From an uncultured Bacilli bacterium (lineage in GTDB: Bacteria; Bacillota_I; Bacilli_A; RF39; UBA660): DNA of 64,000 nt. Within the stretch, counting starts at the first letter, position 1, and each line of letters begins with the position of its first letter. The notes beneath the pieces were generated by a model. It did no database searches. It saw only the letters and a list, made by a program, of their open reading frames with translations, and had not been told where the DNA came from. A program made the translations under genes and the position numbers. Location of the stretch: the NCBI GenBank assembly GCA_934096075.1, contig CAKOLN010000005.1, positions 15,103 through 79,102 of the forward strand. Reading direction: 5' to 3'. This document shows, piece after piece, positions 58,105 through 64,000 of this stretch.

Positions 58105-58992
58105 CTAATCTAAATTAATTTTAATATCTAAAATTTCTAATATTCTTTCTAAATCTCTATCATTATCAAAAGGTATAACTATATTTCTATTATTAACTTT
58201 AACCATAGTACCAATCTTTTCTCTCATAACATTTTGTACCATCATATGACCTTTATCTTTAACAATAGTCTTCTTAATAGGAACTTTTTTCTCAAGTCCA
58301 TTATTATTAATCTCATCTTCTAAAGTTCTAACACTCATATTCTCATTAACTATTCTACTAGCCATATCAAATATTTCTGCTTCATCATTTAACTTACTAA
58401 GTGCTCTTGCATGTCCCATAGTGATTTTATTTGATAAAACTAAATCCTGAACTTTTCTAGGTAACTTTAATATTCCAAGTATATTCGTAACATGACTTCT
58501 ACTTTTACCTAGTTTTCTAGCAAGTTCTTCTTGTGTTAAATTCATAGTATCTAACATATTTTTATATGCATTAGCTTCTTCAATAACATTCAAATTCTCC
58601 CTTTGAATATTTTCAAGTAAAGCTATTGTCATCATTTCATCATCAGTAAAATCTCTAACAATCGCAGGCACAGTCTTAAGTCCAGCCTTTTTAGCAGCTA
58701 AACTTCTCCTTTCACCCGCAACTATTTCATAACCTTTTATACTTTTTTTAACTATAATAGGTTCAAAAATACCAAATTCTTTAATACTATCAGTAAGTTC
58801 ATTTAACTTTTCTTCATCAAAAACTTTTCTAGGCTGATAAGGATTACTCCTTAATTCATCTAAATTAATCTCTTTAACATCTTCCTTTTTAGTATCTTCT
58901 ACTATTGTCTTTTCTAATTCATCAAAAGTAAATGCCTCATTACTGAACAGTTGCTCTAGACCCTTCCCTAGTGCTTTCCTCTTTGTTTCCAT
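58105..58992 (-). CDS. parB: chromosome partitioning protein ParB (Spo0J)
   Basis: It has the KRKALGKGLEQLF N-terminus, the GERR box (VAGERRSLAA) and an HTH. The likely start is METKRK at 58992; the track ORF begins at 59001. About 53 nt of the 5' end overlap the parA 3' end. Confidence 0.85.
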   Translation of the reverse strand: METKRKALGKGLEQLFSNEAFTFDELEKTIVEDTKKEDVKEINLDELRSNPYQPRKVFDEEKLNELTDSIKEFGIFEPIIVKKSIKGYEIVAGERRSLAAKKAGLKTVPAIVRDFTDDEMMTIALLENIQRENLNVIEEANAYKNMLDTMNLTQEELARKLGKSRSHVTNILGILKLPRKVQDLVLSNKITMGHARALSKLNDEAEIFDMASRIVNENMSVRTLEDEINNNGLEKKVPIKKTIVKDKGHMMVQNVMREKIGTMVKVNNRNIVIPFDNDRDLERILEILDIKINLD

Positions 58993-59767
58993 TTCTCTCA
59001 ATCACTTCCTTTGCTAAATTTATATAAGCAAGCGCTCCTCTACATCTTGGATCATATTCTAATATTGGTTTTCCATGACTTGGTGCTTCTACAAGTCTAA
59101 CAAGTCTAGGAATTATTGTATTAAATACTTTTTCTTTAAAGAACTTTCTAACATCCTCTACTACTTCTAATCCAACTAAAGTTCTTCCATCAAGCATTGT
59201 TAATAAAACACCTTCTATATCAAGTTTAGGATTAATCTTGTTTTGAGTAAGTAAAATAGTATTCAATAGTTGTGTAACTCCTTCCAATGAATAATACTCA
59301 CACTGAACTGGAATTAATACACTATCACTAGCCGCTAAAGCATTTGTAGTAAGTACACCTAACGCAGGTGGACAATCAATTAAAATAAAATCATATCTAT
59401 CTCTAATTTTATCTATTTGTAATTTTAATTGATCTCCAATAATAAAATCACTTTCTTTACTAGCCATTTGTATTAATTCAATCTCAGCCCCACTCAAATA
59501 AATCATTGAAGGAATAATACTAAGATTCTTAAACTTTGTTTTAATAATTGCTTCTTTAATATCACAACTATGAGTAATTACATCATAAATACTTTTACTA
59601 ATATTTGCTTTATTAAGCCCTAAGCCAGTAGTACTGTTGCTTTGAGGGTCTAAATCTATGAGTAATACTTTTTTACCTAAGTGTCCTAATGCACTACTTA
59701 AGTTAATACTTGTTGTTGTTTTGCCTACCCCACCTTTTTGATTAACTAGTGATATAACCTTTCCCAT
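58940..59767 (-). CDS. parA: chromosome partitioning ATPase ParA (Soj)
   Basis: The deviant Walker A is KGGVGKTT. The protein is 275 aa. Confidence 0.9.
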   Translation of the reverse strand: MGKVISLVNQKGGVGKTTTSINLSSALGHLGKKVLLIDLDPQSNSTTGLGLNKANISKSIYDVITHSCDIKEAIIKTKFKNLSIIPSMIYLSGAEIELIQMASKESDFIIGDQLKLQIDKIRDRYDFILIDCPPALGVLTTNALAASDSVLIPVQCEYYSLEGVTQLLNTILLTQNKINPKLDIEGVLLTMLDGRTLVGLEVVEDVRKFFKEKVFNTIIPRLVRLVEAPSHGKPILEYDPRCRGALAYINLAKEVIERNGNKEESTREGSRATVQ

Positions 59768-59866
59768 AATACTACCTCGCTATGTAATAATTTTAACACA
59801 AATTAAACTAAGTTAAAAGTCAAAAAGACATATTTTTATAATTTCAAAAATGTATTTACAAAATCA

Positions 59867-59895
59867 TTGAATATTAACCTATTTTTTAGTATAAT
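59867..59895 (+). promoter_or_regulatory. near-consensus sigma-A promoter TTGAAT-17-TATAAT, convergent with the small ORF
   Basis: TTGAAT is at 59867-59872, the spacer is 17 nt and TATAAT is at 59890-59895. Confidence 0.45.
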
Positions 59896-59979
59896 GTATT
59901 TAGAAGAGAAATCTTCATATAATAAAAATGGAACATTCAATTCTGAATGCCTACCAAAATTTTTAGTTTTAGTGTGACA

Positions 59980-60087
59980 TTATCTTACGATAGTGTCTAT
60001 TTTTATGGCAATAATTATAAAAACCATTGTCATTAAAATGAACCATATCCGATTCAAAATTTTAATTATAAAATTTCTCTTCTTCAT
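59980..60087 (-). CDS. 35-aa hydrophobic single-TM peptide (candidate type I toxin-like small protein)
   Basis: It encodes MKKRNFIIKILNRIWFILMTMVFIIIAIKIDTIVR. The RBS GGATGGTGA is 5 nt upstream. An unusually GC-rich ~65-nt leader precedes it. Confidence 0.3.
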   Translation of the reverse strand: MKKRNFIIKILNRIWFILMTMVFIIIAIKIDTIVR

Positions 60088-60348
60088 GTGATCACCATCC
60101 TTCTTTCGGCCAAAGCCCCCGGTTAGCGGTAGACACCCAGAACACTCTCTTCCATAGAATTTATTATATCAATCTAACATATATATAGGCAAACTAATCA
60201 CATTATTTTTATCATTACTATCCTTCTTTTTAACATATTATCATCTTCTATACAGATTAGAGCATTAAAAGCCTTATTTGTCTAGGTTTTCACAAATATA
60301 TTCGGATTTTTTCAAAGGAATATCACATATATAGAAAAAAATCAAAGA

Positions 60349-62235
60349 TTACTCTTCGATTTTTTCTTTTTTTGTTGTTTTAGTTTTTTTACTTTTATTA
60401 TACTCTTTTACAACTTCTTCTATTTCCTCTTTAGTAATAGTTTCCCTTTCATACAAAGTTTCAGCAAGCATTCTCACTAATCCTTCATTTTTCTTAAGAA
60501 TTTCCTTAGCATTCTTATAGCATTCATCTATAATCTTTCTAATTTCTTTATCTATTTCCAAAGCAACTGTATCAGAATAATTTTTAGAACTATTTGTATA
60601 ATCTCTACCTAAGAAAACTTCTCCACTCTTATGTTCAAACTGAACAGGACCTAAATCACTCATACCATATTCAGTAACCATACTTCTAGCAATTTGAGTA
60701 GCTCTCTTAAAGTCATCACTAGCACCAGTACTTATTTCTCCACAGAATAATTCCTCACTAACTCTACCACCAAGATAACTAGTTATTCTTTGTAATAGTT
60801 CATCCTTAGTAGCTACCAAAGTTCTTTCTTCTTTAGGAAGCATTTGAGTATAACCACCAGCCATACCTCTAGGGATAATAGTGATTTTATGTACTTCTTC
60901 TCCATTAGGAAGTTCTATACCTAAAACTGCGTGACCACTTTCATGGAAAGCAACTATATTTTTTTCATAATCAGTAACTTTTCTACTAACTTTAGCTGGT
61001 CCCATAAGTACTCTATCACTAGCTTCATCTATTTCATCCATACCAATTGCATTTTTATTTCTTCTAACTGCAAGTAAAGCTGCTTCATTAAGTAAATTCT
61101 CTAAATCAGCACCACTATAACCTGGTGTTCTTTCAGCAATAGCTTTTAATTTAACTGAATCTTCTAAAACTTTACCTTTAGCATGAACATTTAAAATAGC
61201 TTCTCTTTCTCTAACATCTGGCAAATTAACTGTAACTTGTCTATCAAATCTACCTGGTCTTAATAATGCAGGATCAAGTACATCTGGTCTATTAGTAGCA
61301 GCGATAATAATAATCCCTTCATTAGCACCAAATCCATCCATTTCAGTTAATAATTGGTTTAAAGTTTGTTCTCTTTCATCGTGTCCACCACCAAGACCTG
61401 TTCCTCTTTGTCTACCTACAGCATCAATTTCATCAATAAATATCAAACATGGAGCAGTTTGTTTAGCTTGTTTAAACATATCTCTAACACGACTTGCACC
61501 AACACCAACAAACAATTCAACAAAATCAGAACCACTTATATAATAAAATGGAACCTTTGCTTCACCAGCCACTGCTTTAGCAAGTAATGTTTTACCTGTT
61601 CCTGGAGGCCCTACTAAAAGCACTCCCTTAGGAATTCTAGCTCCTAATTTTTGGAACTTTTTAGGATTCTTTAAGAAATCAATTAATTCCTTAACTTCTT
61701 CCTTTTCCTCATTAAGTCCAGCAACATCTTTAAATGTTACTTTACCACCATCTTGATTAAGTTTAGCTCTACTTCTACCAAAATCCATAGTGCCACCCTT
61801 ACCATTACCTACCATCATTCTAATCATATAAATAGTAAGTCCTCCAATAACTATAATTGGAATAAATTCTAAAATAATACTTAACCAACTAATACTACCT
61901 GGATCTTTATTAATAACCACATCTAATTGTTGAGTATTACTCTCATCCAAAACTTTTTGAATAACACTATCAGTTAAAGGCACAGTTAAAGTAAAACTTT
62001 CATTATCTTTATATCCTTCTAACTTACCAGTTAAAACATATACACTATCTCTACTCTTAGGAGTTACTTCTAACTTATCAACTTTTTCTTGTTCTAAATT
62101 AGTTAAAAATTCATTATAACTTAATGTATTAATCTTAACATTATTTAAACCAAAAACATAATAAGTAACTAAAATAACCATAAAAAGTAATAAATAAGGT
62201 ATAAAATTCTTCATTGTATTTCCTTTTCTTTTCAT
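60349..62235 (-). CDS. ftsH: ATP-dependent zinc metalloprotease FtsH
   Basis: The AAA motifs are [18 protein letters not shown] and the SRH region. The protease has HEAGHA. The protein is 628 aa. Confidence 0.95.
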   Translation of the reverse strand: MKRKGNTMKNFIPYLLLFMVILVTYYVFGLNNVKINTLSYNEFLTNLEQEKVDKLEVTPKSRDSVYVLTGKLEGYKDNESFTLTVPLTDSVIQKVLDESNTQQLDVVINKDPGSISWLSIILEFIPIIVIGGLTIYMIRMMVGNGKGGTMDFGRSRAKLNQDGGKVTFKDVAGLNEEKEEVKELIDFLKNPKKFQKLGARIPKGVLLVGPPGTGKTLLAKAVAGEAKVPFYYISGSDFVELFVGVGASRVRDMFKQAKQTAPCLIFIDEIDAVGRQRGTGLGGGHDEREQTLNQLLTEMDGFGANEGIIIIAATNRPDVLDPALLRPGRFDRQVTVNLPDVREREAILNVHAKGKVLEDSVKLKAIAERTPGYSGADLENLLNEAALLAVRRNKNAIGMDEIDEASDRVLMGPAKVSRKVTDYEKNIVAFHESGHAVLGIELPNGEEVHKITIIPRGMAGGYTQMLPKEERTLVATKDELLQRITSYLGGRVSEELFCGEISTGASDDFKRATQIARSMVTEYGMSDLGPVQFEHKSGEVFLGRDYTNSSKNYSDTVALEIDKEIRKIIDECYKNAKEILKKNEGLVRMLAETLYERETITKEEIEEVVKEYNKSKKTKTTKKEKIEE

Positions 62236-62251
62236 AAATTTTCTCCTTTCA

Positions 62252-63598
62252 TTAACTATACTTAAGTATTATATCATATTCTTCGTGAATTTCCTTATCA
62301 AATTTACTTTTTTTTAATCCAGGCACCCAAATTACCCTTTCTTCAGCATCTACAAGTACTGGCCAAACATTTCTATCTTTACTAACAATCTTATTATCAA
62401 TAAATATATCATTAACTTTTTTATGTCCTTCCATACCTTTAACACTCATCTTATCACCATTTCTTCTAGTTCTAACATATAAAGGTAAACTAACTTCTTT
62501 ACTACTTAACCTAGTAACATAATTACTAGTATCATCTGTATCACTAACTTTCTCAATAATCATCCCATTAGGCAAATTAGCAACACTATCTAATTCAATT
62601 TCATACTTATCATCTACCTCTTCCATAAAAGCAAAACTAAGTTCATTATAACTCTTTATTGCCTTTACATTATTTGGTAAATGAACAACACTATTAGGTT
62701 TATAACTATTAATCAAATTAAATATTAAATTAACATGTGTATTAGTAATAATAAGTAAATCATCACCATATATTTTCTCTAAAATATTAGAAATTATTTT
62801 AGATTGTAATAAATGATCTAATTCTTTAAACTTACTAATATCTAAAACACCATTTTTAAATACTTTATTAATAACTTGACTTACTTCTCTCTCTATATAA
62901 TTATTATACTCAAGTAAAGTCTCACTAAACTTAAGAAATTTTTCATGTACCATCTTATCTTCTTCTTTTAAGAAAGGTAACACATACTTTCTATATCTAT
63001 TTCTAGTATAAACATCTTTTAAATTAGACTTATCAATAAAATATTTAATATTATTTTCATTACAATAATTAGTTAAATCATCTTTAGTAACTGTAATTAA
63101 AGGCCTCAAAATAGTATAATCATCTTTAACAATAACTTTACTAAACCCACTATAACCTTTTAATGAAGAACCTCTTACTATTCTCATAAGAATAGTTTCA
63201 ACTAAATCATCTCCATGATGCGCTGTTAAAAGAAATTTAGCATTATAATCTTTACATACTTTATCAAAGAAATTGTATCTAATAGTTCTAGCTTCATTAT
63301 GAAAATTATCATCTCCATAATGTTCTATCTTAAAACATTCAAAATGAAGTCCCATATTATTACAAAATTCTCTCAAATAAGCTTCTTCTTCTTTACTTTC
63401 TTCTCTAATATTATGATTAACATGCGCTACTACTAATACTAAATCTAATTCACTTTTCAATTTAATCATTAGGTCCAAAAGAGCCATTGAATCTGGCCCT
63501 CCACTTACACCTATACACAAAGTATCTCTATGTCTAATACCTGCATCATTAAGTAAATACTTATAAACTTCTTCCATATTACTCCCCTGTCTTTTCAA
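62252..63598 (-). CDS. tilS: tRNA(Ile)-lysidine synthetase
   Basis: The PP-loop is GVSGGPDSMAL. The protein is 448 aa and lies immediately upstream of ftsH. Confidence 0.85.
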   Translation of the reverse strand: MKRQGSNMEEVYKYLLNDAGIRHRDTLCIGVSGGPDSMALLDLMIKLKSELDLVLVVAHVNHNIREESKEEEAYLREFCNNMGLHFECFKIEHYGDDNFHNEARTIRYNFFDKVCKDYNAKFLLTAHHGDDLVETILMRIVRGSSLKGYSGFSKVIVKDDYTILRPLITVTKDDLTNYCNENNIKYFIDKSNLKDVYTRNRYRKYVLPFLKEEDKMVHEKFLKFSETLLEYNNYIEREVSQVINKVFKNGVLDISKFKELDHLLQSKIISNILEKIYGDDLLIITNTHVNLIFNLINSYKPNSVVHLPNNVKAIKSYNELSFAFMEEVDDKYEIELDSVANLPNGMIIEKVSDTDDTSNYVTRLSSKEVSLPLYVRTRRNGDKMSVKGMEGHKKVNDIFIDNKIVSKDRNVWPVLVDAEERVIWVPGLKKSKFDKEIHEEYDIILKYS

Positions 63599-64000
63599 CT
63601 ACATATAATTTATTATCATGTTTTACTAATGTAAATTCTCCACTATTTTCATATCCTAAATCTTCTTCATATTCCCAATTAGCTACAGTTCTATAAGCTT
63701 CAAAATCTTTTTCTCCATAAGTATAAGTAATTGGAGTAACTGAACTAACTGTAACATTACTAACTGTAGGTAATTTTTGCTCTCTAGTACCATCCAAATT
63801 ATTTTTAATATGATTATACATTGTATCACCTGCATTCATTTTAAAATTACTAACAAAATCTGGATAAACAAACTCTAACCCACCAATATCACTACTACTA
63901 ATCTTAGTACTTAAAGTATATAAATCAGTAATAAATAACTTAGTTGCTACTTTAGCATAATCCTCATAATTAATATCATCTTTATTTAAAACATCCTTAA
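63579..64000 (-). CDS. hypothetical protein, N-terminus beyond the window edge
   Basis: The minus-strand frame is open from 64000 down to the stop at 63579 (...KDDINYEDYAKVATKLFITDLYTLSTKISSSDIGGLEFVYPDFVSNFKMNAGD...). The track ORF shows only the part after the first Met in the window. Confidence 0.4.
   Translation of the reverse strand, partial: KDVLNKDDINYEDYAKVATKLFITDLYTLSTKISSSDIGGLEFVYPDFVSNFKMNAGDTMYNHIKNNLDGTREQKLPTVSNVTVSSVTPITYTYGEKDFEAYRTVANWEYEEDLGYENSGEFTLVKHDNKLYVVEKTGE

Overview
This window looks like the AT-rich, origin-proximal chromosome of a Clostridium-like Firmicute. The clearest marker is the run ftsH, tilS, parA/parB, DUF951, ychF and rpsF-ssb-rpsR, all on the minus strand, with rplM-rpsI and a T-box-led lysS further left. 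Housekeeping genes make up the right-hand ~24 kb (40.3-64 kb). The left third has a SpoVB-family flippase fragment, a cytoplasmic GH31 hydrolase, a ydjG/H/I-like cluster (zinc-ribbon, membrane and SPFH proteins), tag next to an ogt remnant, and an Amidase_3/LysM autolysin gene that is split in two. A ~9.15 kb integrated mobilisable element (about 11494-20644) sits precisely inside that amidase codon run ('DAGHGG | SDPGASGNG'). It carries a large serine recombinase, a DUF4160 protein, phage-like HTH/XRE regulators and a MobV (Mob/Pre) relaxase. Its cargo is a three-gene cassette: a cGAS/DncV-like (CD-NTase/SMODS) nucleotidyltransferase followed by a 146-aa Cys/His-rich protein and a 266-aa two-TM protein. 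Identical hairpin terminators insulate the cassette on both sides, so it looks like a CBASS-like anti-phage module with unrecognised partner proteins. It is the most interesting part of the window. Right of the element are PFOR (nifJ) and a ~16 kb minus-strand glycopolymer locus with many GT2/GT4 glycosyltransferases, an Alg13 plus GT4-Alg14 fusion, a CDP-alcohol phosphatidyltransferase, a TagGH-like ABC exporter and an LtaS-like transferase. Other notable items are a 60-nt terminator-plus-promoter module present twice, a candidate sRNA with its own TTGACA-17-TAGTAT promoter, a candidate type I toxin-like 35-aa membrane peptide with a GC-rich leader, and a ClpC paralogue with a dead D2 ATPase domain. 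I saw no rRNA, tRNA or CRISPR array.
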